From Macrostomum lignano (taxonomy: Eukaryota): 52,110 bases of DNA. The stretch lies in assembly GCA_002269645.1 (NCBI GenBank), contig NIVC01003242.1, positions 1 through 52,110 of the forward strand. The letters run 5' to 3'. This document shows, one piece after another, positions 41,971 to 52,110 of the stretch (within the stretch, counting starts at the first letter, position 1; each line of letters begins with the position of its first letter). The notes below the pieces were generated by a model. It saw only the letters and a program-made list of their open reading frames with translations. It did not search any database and was not told the origin of the DNA. A program made the position numbers and the translations under genes.

Positions 41971-43809
41971 CAACTCGACCCGCGCTCGAGGAGAATCCTC
42001 CTTCCTCCCTCCCCCGGTGTTTTACGCTTTTAGCGCCTTTGGAGGTTTGGAGAGTTTGCCCTGCTCCGGGACGTCCTCTTCTGGTCCTGCCTGATCCCCC
42101 TTTCCCCGGCAGTTTCGGCTTTAACAGCTAAGGTCCCCCTGAGAAGCATCATCAATATCTCCCGGCAGTGATCTAAGAGCAGCAACGACTTTCGGCAAGC
42201 AAAGAGCAGCGGCGGCAATCGTCAGTCAAGATCGGCAACAGCATCCCATATGGGCACTTCGGTCTCTGTGGATTCCTTGGCCACCGGCAGATAGGTCCTC
42301 TGATTGGTTTGGTGAGAGGCTTTCTTGACCTGCTTAACTGGGTGCACCCTTTGACTGACCCCTTCCTAGGTAGTCTGATAGGATTTGCACTTTTGCTTAC
42401 TTGTTTTTGTGTGCCAATCGCGAGGCAGAAGTGTCAGTTAATATTAAAAGTAGCCATTCGCTCTAACTCAATCTAAAGTGTTTAGGATTGCGGATTAAGT
42501 GAGAGAGTTAAATCTGGAAGTTAAAGACTTAGCGTTTTCTTTCTTTTTCGCAATGCCAGCTGAGATGAGTGGCTAGATCTAGAGGCAGAGGTCACGGTGG
42601 ACCGGAAGCGGCACAGTTCCCAGTCAATGAGTCGATCTAAGAAATCATTATGTTAAGCATGCGAATTAAGTGCCAGACTGGCGCTTTCGCGCGGTCACAG
42701 GCAGTTAAGCGGCTAAAGTAAGTTAAATATTAGTCTAAATATCTCCGAAAGTGACAATGCATCTACATCATCGCTATCTGTCGACGTGTTAACACATTTA
42801 GTGCCAAAAGCGTGCAGTTACGTGTACTTATACATGTACTTCTGGGAATTTGGTAATGAAATAGTACATGTAGTAGTGTATAGAGGCTCGCCAGCGCAAG
42901 AACCCCCTGCAGAAGTCCTCTCTGTCCCTGCATGGCCAATGCGATCTTAGTCCCAGCAGCGTCCCTTCTATTCGGCTATGACTTCGAGATTGACAGCTAA
43001 AAGACACTAGATGGCAGGTAAGTGCAGTGCCCCTCTAGTCGGAAGTCCGATTTCGATAGCTCCGGTTTGTTGAGCCGGGGCGCACGGACTGGTGGCAGCG
43101 AGTTAGTTGACCCGCGGGTTAGCTAATTTCTACCTTTCAAATTCTCCCTGCTTGTCTCTCGCTGTCTTCTCCTAGCTATAGGACCTTGCTGCTCGCCCAC
43201 AATCTAGCTACCATGGGGCTGACCATCTGACAGGAGTGAGAGGCCAGAGCTCCCAGTGATTCATTTCTGAGTTCTGAGGCCCGAAGCTATAGGCTTAAAA
43301 AGGCCGAACCCATCAAATACTAGAGAAATAAGGTGCCAATCTTATTGTTAACTTGAATTACACTGCAGTAAAGGCCCATTCACACCACCATCAAATGAGG
43401 CCAATTTTCGAGTGATCACAAAAAATTTCAGTTGATAATTAACGAATCTTTGACAATCACATCAGTTTTTCACGCTATCAACTGACTTTTACGAGTGATC
43501 GCAAGCGTTCACACTTCAATCAACTGACATATACTGAGGAGAATGAGTGGGCTGGGGTTTAGAGGAGGGTAACGCAAGATTTCCAATTTGTTGCGCGAGC
43601 AATACTGAGCGCACATATCTCCAGCTGAGCCCAAAATCGTACATATTTTCAACACGTTTAAAAAAACTATTTTGTGCTTTGAATTCAATACCAGTGTACA
43701 GTCTGTATCAGAGTACTGTAGAGTGTTCTGCCTCCCGTTAAAAGTAAAAAGTAGAAACCATAGAAACTACTGTAAGTAGATTAGTGCATGCATGCGTGCT
43801 TAAATCTGA

Positions 43810-43980
43810 AAATGATGTAAGTTGCTATTTATAGTGTATGAATCATGTTCCTATTTATAGTGGGTGAATCATGTGGCTATTCATGGCGACAGAATGATTC
43901 ATGCTGCTATTTATAGCAGCGGAATGATTCATGTTACTATTTATAGTAACAGAATGAGTCATGTTACTATTTATAAACGC
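43810..43980. repeat. Degenerate ~30-bp tandem repeat (~5-6 units)
   Basis: Consensus ~GAATGATTCATGTTACTATTTATAGTAACA. Confidence 0.6.
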
Positions 43981-44833
43981 AATATATCATATTTCACCTT
44001 GTAGCGCAACAAGTGAGTCATGGTGAAGAAGTCTATAAATACAAGAGGCCCAACGCGGCACCGGAGCCAACTCCAGACGATAGGAGAAGCTCCGAAGAGG
44101 GTGTCTTTAGGAAGACTCCCTGATTCACCAGTCGAACGAAAGACTTGGTCAAGTGTTGCGGTAAGCCTTTCTTATTTGCACCAGTTGTTGTTGAGACGTC
44201 TCGCTCAAGTCTATTGTGTCTTGAGTCTATTTGAGTCTGTGGAGACTCTTGAGTCTGTTTAGACTCCCTTGGCAGTAGTCGCCCGAAGGACAACCCTAGT
44301 AGATCTTAGAGGAGCTACTAGAGATATCCGGAGCATTACCTAGAGTGCATCGAGGCACTGCTAGAAGAAGAAGGCTTAACTGATACCGCTATTAGGCGCA
44401 GGGTACCCATTGTTGATACGAAGCCTCTGATTGGTCCTGACTGCAGATACCGACCGGAAGTAACGACAAGCGGAAATACAAAGGAACCAGGACCAGAAGC
44501 AGCAGAGGAACTAAGGCGCACTCCGTAGAAAAAGCAAGTCAAGGTAAGAAGTACCTTTGTCTGATAACTGGGTTGCCTAGCTACAGAGCTAGAAGTGATT
44601 GTTCCTTGATTATCAAAGGACTGGTAATAAGGATCACATCAGTACAAAGGCCAGTGCTCTTATTGATATAACTGGCGCGAGCTAACGAAAAACCTAGCGT
44701 ACTTTTTCCTGGTATTTCGATTGGCAGGGTGCCGAAGGTCGTATTTAGAGCAGGATTTCCTTGCACTTTGTTTACCTGGGGTACCAGCGGCAACCAACAG
44801 GCGCTGTTTTTCACGATTGCTCCTTTCGCCTGT

Positions 44834-45225
44834 CAGGGGTCGGCAAACTTTTTTACCCCAAGGGCCAGATAAAGAACCTAGAGCATGACTGCGGTCCGGA
44901 GGAAGGAGGAGATTAGAGGGAATAAAAAAGAAAGAAGCGAGATAGGAGAAGGGAGAGGCGAGAGAATAAAGGAGCAATGAGGAGAGAGGAGAGGAGAGAT
45001 AAATTTGGCTAGGAGGAGGAAAAAAGAGAGAGAGGGAGAGTAGGAAAGAGAGAGGAGAGGAGAGAGGAGAGAAGAAGAGGAGAGAGAAGAGAGAAGAGCG
45101 CTGAGAAGAGACAAACAACGAGCGGGCCGGATCGCTATTGTGCAGTTTCAAAGGACCGCGAGGGCCGGATGAAGAGCCTTGCGGGCCGCATATGTGGCCT
45201 GCGGGCCGGAGTCTGCCGACCCCTG
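44834..45225. mobile_element. 392-bp non-autonomous hAT (Charlie-type) element with an AG-rich interior
   Basis: TIRs CAGGGGTCGGCA(A/G)AC match at 14/15. Subterminal GCGGGCCG repeats are typical of hAT MITEs. The 8-bp TSD is not preserved. Confidence 0.75.
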
Positions 45226-45519
45226 GCTCATGTGATGGAAAATAATAAAATAGTTAATAACCTGACTGGTGTGATGACTCATCAATTTTGAAGCGACAGT
45301 CAGACTAGACGGAGAGTTGTTGAAATAGAGTGGCTTGAGTTGAATTTTGTGTTGCGCAACTTGGGTTGCTGTGTAAGAGGCAAGCGACTAATGTACAGCG
45401 TTTTAGTTGATCAACTAGCAATTTACGCCCCCCGTTAGGGAGCCAAAGAAATGCAACACACGTTTTTTTAATAAGCTACATGTAGCCTTGAAATCTTGAA
45501 AAATCTCCTGTCAAACTTC

Positions 45520-45570
45520 TAACCCTAACCCTAACCCTAACCCTAACCCTAATCCTAACCCTAACCCTAA
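45520..45570. repeat. Interstitial (TAACCC)n telomere-type tract, ~8 units
   Basis: TAACCC x5, TAATCC, TAACCC x2, embedded in the degenerate repeat family at 45470-46460. Confidence 0.9.
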
Positions 45571-46539
45571 AGCATTGAAATTTCAGTAATTCTCTCTAAG
45601 AGTCATTATAGCACTACAAAAGCATTATAGCGATTCCCTGCAAGCCTCGACATCGTAGGGATTCCCAAATGAATCTCTTAACTACGACATGAAGCTTCTT
45701 TTATTTTTTACATTACGCTTTTTTTATCAGCGATCCCTCCCCTGAGGAGGCAACAAATAATGTAATAAAAAGTTTTAACTTCGGCATGAAGCTTCTTTTA
45801 TTTTTTACATTATGCTTTTTCTATCAGCGAGCCCTGAGGAGCCAACAAATAATGTAATAAAAAGTTTTCAATAAACTACATGTAGCTTCTGACTTTAGCC
45901 TTGAAATCTCATTTATACCCCCGTGAGCCTTGACATCTCAGCTATTCCCCCCGTAAGCCTTGACATGTCAGCGATGGCCCCCATAAACCTTGAAATCTAA
46001 AAAATCCCTTGTTAACCTTGAAACCCGATAAAATATAACCCTCAACCCACACCTGACCTAAACCTAACTTTAACCCAACCTAAAGCCTTGAAATCTCAGC
46101 AATTCTTCTCCCCTAAGCCTTGACATTTTAGTGATTCCTTCTTTAAGAATCACAGCACTATAGCGATTCCCTCCAAGCTTTGACATCGTAGCAATTCCCA
46201 AATGAATCTTTTAGCTTCGACATGACTTTTCTTTTATGTATTACATAGTGCTACTTTTGTTTTTTACATGACTCTTCTTCTATCAGCGCCCCCCCCCGTG
46301 GCGAGCCAACAAAGAATGTAATAAAAAAATTGAGTAAAGTACATGAACTTTGAAGTAGCTTCTGACTTTTGCTTTGACATCTCAGAAGCCCCCCCGTAAT
46401 CTCAGTTATTCTCTGTGAGCCTTTACGTCTCAGTTTTTCGCCCCAGCACAGCATTACTGCTGCATTTAACTTTTACATGCCACCCTTCATGTCTGACATG
46501 ACGCTTCTTTTATTCTACCATGATGCTTCTTAATTTTTT

Positions 46540-46800
46540 AAATGACACTTTCATTAGTTTTTAAATGACGCTTCTACGATTTTTTCATGACGCTTCTATG
46601 ATTTTTTCATGACGCTTCTATGATTTTTTACATGACGCTTCTATGATTTTTTACATGACGCTTCTATTATTTTTTACATGACGCTTCTATGATTGTTTAC
46701 ATGACGCTTCTATGATTGTTTATATGACGCTTCTATGCTTTTTACATGACGCTTCTATGATTGTTTATATGACGCTTCTATGCTTTTTACATGACGCTTA
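46540..46800. repeat. 22-23-bp minisatellite (~11 units)
   Basis: ATGACGCTTCTATGATTTTTTAC-type units start at 46565, 46587, 46609, 46632, 46655, 46678, 46701, 46724, 46747, 46770 and 46793. Confidence 0.92.
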
Positions 46801-47144
46801 TCCTTTCAAGCACAAACTCTTAGAGCATATCGTCATTGGCCTGGGCATATTCTGGTCCGCAGCAGGAGCTCAATATGCCAATCCCAGACGGCCTTTGACA
46901 CCCCTCTTTATTAGCCTAACTCAAAGAATCAAACCTTTAATAAATACGCTGGTATTTCCTATCAGCAGAATTCAGCATCACTTGTGTGTACTTTTTCATT
47001 ATCTGAATTAAATGAGCTACTTGAGCTGTACTACTTGAGGATCTGACAATCGCTCAACAACCTAACCCCCTGGAGGAGCTCCGTCTGCACATCTCACATC
47101 TTTAAATCTATGAAATGATCCTCCAGACCAGACAATATGATCTA

Positions 47145-48100
47145 TATGTCTGGAGGAACTACCTTAGCAGTTTGCAGTTTGTCCCCTTTGCAGTCTGTGA
47201 TGATCCTTTTGACAATCTGCAGTTCTTCTGTCGGCCGGCTCCTCAGTCTCCTGCTTAGCAAACTGCAATGATATTTTCAACAATAAAAATTTGCTAACAG
47301 TTTAGTACGACTCATTAATCGATTTTCGATACATATCGGCAGTTTTTTGCACAAATCAGCATTAAGTAATACCTTCATTCCTAAATAGCAAGCATCCTCC
47401 AAAAGAAAGCAATCGCAGCATCTCCCCCCGTCAACCTTGTAATCTCAGCACTTCCCCCCATAAGCCTTCGATTCTTCCAGTAAGCCATGGCATATCAGCA
47501 ATTCCCCATGGGCCTTGAAATCTCAGAAATTGGCCCAAAAAGCCATGACATCTCAGCAATTCCTGAGATATGCCCACAACAACCTGAAATTATCCCTTCT
47601 AATCCCACAAAACAGACTGCAGTCATTATCTTAGCAGCCTGGAGTTATCCCCTTGCAGTCTATAACTTTCATTAACATTAAGCATTTATCTCCCCTCAGC
47701 AGCCTAGAACTGTCCCGTCAGCAAACCACAATAATCCACTCAGCAGTCCACAGTAATCCCCTAAACAACCTGCACTTAATCACTTAAACTGTACAGTTTT
47801 GAAACTGATGTCTTGCTATCCTATCTTCTCTGAGAGTTGTCTTGCTCAGAAGTCTACCAATCCTCCAAGCAGCCCCCTCAGCAGTTTTCAGCTATAGGCT
47901 TATAAGTCTGGAGGAACTACCTCAGCAGTTTTCAGTTTGTCCCCTTTGCAGTCTGCAGTTCTCCTCTCGGCCGGCTCTTCAGTATCCTCAGCAAAATGAA
48001 ATAAAGGATCCTTTTAAGAATAAGATTTTTTCAGCATTTATTACGGTTCACTAATCAATTTTCGATACAAATCGGCAGTTTTTTTTCACAATTCAGCCTT
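47145..48100 (+). repeat. ~210-bp imperfect direct repeat pair (~47145-47365 and ~47905-48100)
   Basis: Both start TCTGGAGGAACTACCT..GCAGTTT..CAGTTTGTCCCCTTTGCAGTCTG and end ..TTTTCGATACA.ATCGGCAGTTTTTT..CACAA.TCAGC. Confidence 0.7.
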
Positions 48101-48344
48101 CATTTTAACAATAAATTTAGCAGCTTAGCAATTTGATACTTTCATGGAGCTAGGCAGTACCCATTGCTGCGATGAGTAATACGCGAAGCAGTTTTTTACA
48201 AATCAAATTTGCTTAGTAAATTTGAATTATTTTGTATGGCAAAACTTATTCATTAAGTGTGTCTTGCGAATTCAACAAAAATATTTCTATTAGTTGAGCC
48301 CGAAGCTATATATAAATGAATAAATTAATTTAATTTTAATCATC

Positions 48345-48425
48345 CGCCGAGGAGGCAGACTCGAACCTTGGACCTTACGCCTAGCCTAAACCTAGTCCTA
48401 GTGCGTACACTGCGGCTATTCCGCC
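48345..48425 (-). mobile_element. tRNA-derived SINE head or tRNA pseudogene
   Basis: Minus strand has an A-box-like TAGCCGCAGTGT (48418-48407) and a B-box GGTTCGAGTC (48367-48358). It does not fold into a clean cloverleaf. Confidence 0.5.
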
Positions 48426-50781
48426 TACTGATGGGAGGACGCAAAAATCAGCCATATATGCTTCGGCACTGCAGTCAAATACATAGCAGTGATAGGCTGC
48501 TCAGTGTGCACAGGTTGTGTGCAGGCAGAGCCAATGCACAGTTGAGTGAAATCTATAAATAGCAATTGTCTATGCAGTCCGCCAGTCAGCCAGGGTCAGA
48601 ATGTACACACACAGCCACTGAGCATTTCCTCTCACTTATTGCAACCTTTGGAATTGAGGCGTACACAGTGAACAGAGAAAAGTTGTGGCGCAATCTTAAT
48701 TGGAATTGAAATTCAGTTAGTGAGATTTTGACCTTTTTAGCTTTCCATTGAAAGCATTAGGAAAACTCGTTTTTAGAATATTTAACCAACTTCCCATTCG
48801 AATTTTCAATGCAGTTTCACCCACACAATCTCACAAGAATTTTGAGTTGAATAAAGCAAGTTTGAAAAAAATCGGTTCAGGCATTCAGGCTGTGGACTGG
48901 AATACCGGTCAGACAGACAAACGGACAGATCTTAGAGATTTAGTATATTGTGATGACTGGCCCTCGCGTTATTAACTTTTTTCGCTGAATTTGAAAATTT
49001 TCTAAGTTAGCTGAGACTTCAAGTGATCACAGAAAAAGTTAGAAGTTCTGTGTGGTCAAACGATTCGTGTGATTTGGTCTTTCATTTTATTGCAGTGTGA
49101 ATGAGCCTTAACTCTCAGTAGTTATTATAAGACGCTACGCTTTACAATGTTTCACACATTCTAATCTAGGTCCGAGTGTTGCCTTGGATGGCTACAGAAA
49201 AAAGATTAGAAATTTCAGGTAAAAATTTGAGTAGAACTCCTCCAAAACAGAATCAAAATTAACAAACTAACCTATAGGATTTAAAAGAGCCCTAGCAAAA
49301 AAGGATCCGTTAACTTACAGCTAAATTTGAGTCCGAGTAACCTATGTACACAGATGATCTGCCATTCTGTTCTCAGTGACGCCAGGAAGCTTGGTGTGGC
49401 AAAAGACGCGACTAAACGTGGACGTGGGATAGGGCCAACAAGCAAGGGGAAAAGCAGGGACTATTATGTCAACTTAAGCTAAGTGACCTTAGCGTTTGCT
49501 AGAAAGCAATTTGACTATACTCATATTACTGTATGTTTTTTAATCTCACGGTTGTTAAAGGGCGACGAGCACAATTTCGGCTGGATCTGTTTGGAATGGA
49601 TTGTCCGGGTAGCAAAATGCGCGTGTCATCTATTCTGCTCCAGCCGCTCTCAGTCTAACGCCGCAGGTATAGCGACCTTCGCGTATGTTAGTGCCTGATG
49701 GGAGACTGCAAAACCGGAAACCTATGCTAAGTAGTATCGTCGCAGTCTTTGTTGAGCTGGATGCGGTTCGCAATCTTTTGACCGTTCCATAGTGTGCGAT
49801 CGAAGTTCAGCAGAGTCATGCGGCCAGGCAGCACAAGCACAAGGACCACTAGGAACACTTTGTAATATAATGACGCTACATTCCTCGTTACATATCCAGA
49901 ACTGAGATGCCTAGGTCAGCTACTGCAGCATCCACAGGTGACTGAGGTGACAGACCAGCTAATTCTAATGCTTCCTAAACTTGATTTTGATGTTAAGAGG
50001 GACAGGGTTTGTCAGCATATACATGTACCCAACACTGCTTATGAACCACTATTTTACTATGCTAAATTTGTTAAAAGAATTTTATACATTTATACAAGCA
50101 TTTTTGCTTGGTTTTGTGATTTAGTTTTCCCTTTTCTTTGTTCTATATTGTTTTATCACTTTGCAACACTGTTCGATCGACAATTAAAATTTGCTCAATA
50201 TAGTTATTAACAACTCCTCAATTTTGTGGCGGACAGACTGCTTATTATAAGTTTAGCTATAAGCAAATAAACTCGATACAAGTTTGCTTGCTTGCTAAAT
50301 TCTACTACCACTCACAAGCCCCTTCAATTTACAGATTATAGAGAACAGAATGTTAAAACAAGAGTACATTGAAGCGATTCGAGCGTATTGGAGAAAATGA
50401 ATTTTAAGTTGACATAAGAGCCGCTAATTATCCCATTGCTTGTTCACCCCCTATCCAAATTCCAAATTAGTGCAAAGATTCAAATCAATTCATGATGTAT
50501 TGCAAAGAAGCTGGTTAGACTTGGTTAGAATAATTCTATCAAAAGCGATGTAATTTAAAATTCCTCTCAACCAGCTCTTGTACTTGCTCAGACGCCCCGT
50601 GTACAGTTACAGTGAGACGCATTTCAGTAACACAGAAAGGAGCTTTTGCCAAAGACAAACGAAGCAAAGGCTTCAATATAGGCACGTAAATCAAAAGGAT
50701 CAGCTTAAGCGATACTTCGTACCGTTTTAGCGGTGAAACGAAAGCGTAGCTTACACTTGAATAATCGGCTCACAAATCAAA

Positions 50782-51910
50782 ATGCACTCGAACACTTATC
50801 CAAGATGCTGGAAGGTTCTGTCTGCCATCGCTCTCCTAATACTGGTGCATCAGATTGAGCTCAGCTGCTCGACAAGCCCCTGCATTACTCAGCTCGACTT
50901 GGTGGTCGCAGTGGACACATCGTCTTCATGCTCTCAAAAGCAGTTCGACAGGCTGCTCTCAGAGGTGAAGGCCTTGGTCTCTAAATTTCCAATCGGTCCG
51001 ACAAAAACTCGACTGGCTCTGATCGGCATGTCGCAGACTGCGCAGGTTCTCGCCAACTTCGACGACGTGACGTCTCTGTCGGACTTTAACTCTGCGGTCG
51101 ACAGGCTGACGATGAGTTCCGAACGAGCCGAAATCTCGAAGGGCATCAAGCTGGCTCGGGAGTCCGTGCTCAACAAGGCCAGGGCTGCTCCGACTCCAAG
51201 ACTCTTAGCTCTGGTAAAGGACAGGCAGTGCGCTGAGAGAATAACGGGATCGAGCGACGCGGAACTGGCTTCGATTGAGTCGGAAGTCGCAGCCGCGCGG
51301 TCGATGGAAAGCGCAGTGCACGCAGTCGGAATCGGCGGGTTGTGGAACAGGTGAGACTGAGACGAATTTTTTCGCGACTTTGCTTGAAAATCGTGTTTTA
51401 ATGAGATTAGCTACACTTGCTCGTAGTATTTTATAGTTTTCATACAGGTCACAATCTAACTGTAGCAGCCGTTGAATATGGTACCCAATACGTCATTTTC
51501 CAACCTGGAATGGGTGACAATTATGTTGGTTTGCAAGCGCAAGCTTGAATATCATCGTAAAAAAACATGAGGCGATGCTTTGAGATTCTTTATTAGAAGT
51601 CGCAAATGCCACGCGTTCAACACTGCTTAGCGTTTGACCTCGACTTGTATTTTCAGTAAGGAGCTGAAGGCCGTCTTTGGAACCAACTTCCTGCTTTTCA
51701 AGAACACGAACAAGGCTATGGAGTCCATCAAGTCTTTAAATTATAAAATGTGTCTTCCAACAACCTGCAAACACTCGGGACGGACAAATAAGAGAGAAGC
51801 CTGCATTGGATGGGGGCTTCAAGAATTTACGTTCAATGTTGCTGCCGCTCTCACTTCGTCTGGCATGGGAGTCTGCAGACAGCAGATCGAGAGGTCATTA
51901 GTGGAGTGTG
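50782..51910 (+). CDS. Secreted VWA protein, copy D (inverted; exons 1-2 only, continues beyond the window)
   Basis: Exon 1 is 50782-51350 (MHSNTYPRC..GGLWN AG|GTGAG) and exon 2 is 51657-51910 (TTTTCAG|T AAG GAG..TGT G|GTGAGT). Phases are the same as in A-C. Intron 1 is only 306 nt. Confidence 0.85.
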
Positions 51911-52110
51911 GTGAGTTGGGAAAACTAAAATCTCGATTATTAGAATGCGCATTTTTGTTGGGCAAAAGTGAGATCGACATAGTCAAAATTCAGCGTGTGA
52001 CTAAAGAAGTGAGTTGGATTTAGTCCCGTATCGATGTGCCATAGACAATGGATTTGATTTATAGTCAGTTTGAAAGTTGAGAAATAATGGAAATAGGAAA
52101 GTTTAGCCAA

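Noticed and set aside
44660-45151. Leu/Ser/Phe-rich membrane-like ORFs
   Set aside because: Translation of the AG-rich low-complexity interior of the hAT MITE.
45520-45570. True telomere or chromosome fusion site
   Set aside because: Only ~8 units in a single orientation, embedded in a dispersed repeat.

Overview
Animal (invertebrate-type) genomic DNA with GT-AG spliceosomal introns; it is not prokaryotic and has no CRISPR. The ORF track is misleading here because the real genes are spliced. Manual splicing gives four components. (1) A 2-exon, 143-aa atypical insulin-like prepropeptide gene (minus strand, 2058-2926). (2) A cluster of secreted tandem-VWA protein genes: three intact 7-exon head-to-tail copies on the minus strand (A 4830-14676, 671 aa; B 17625-24807, 672 aa; C 25593-34792, 669 aa) and a fourth inverted copy D starting at 50782 that runs off the window. 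The architecture is signal peptide - VWA1 - two 4-Cys modules - VWA2 - 4-Cys module - 8-Cys VWC/Fn1-like tail. The paralogs are mosaics: the framework exons are about 95-99% identical, but copy B carries a VWA2 only about 50% identical to that of A/C, and B shares its intron 1 with D. (3) Intronic VNTRs (64-bp, GACT, 29-bp, GATA) that create most of the long spurious ORFs. (4) Decayed mobile elements: two Ty3/Gypsy remnants, a P-superfamily transposase remnant plus a 29-bp putative P footprint in the B promoter, a Penelope-like GIY-YIG fragment with a minimal hammerhead motif, mariner/hAT/Harbinger/Mutator-like MITEs and a tRNA-derived SINE head. All identities and alignments were made by eye; no database search or RNA evidence was available.
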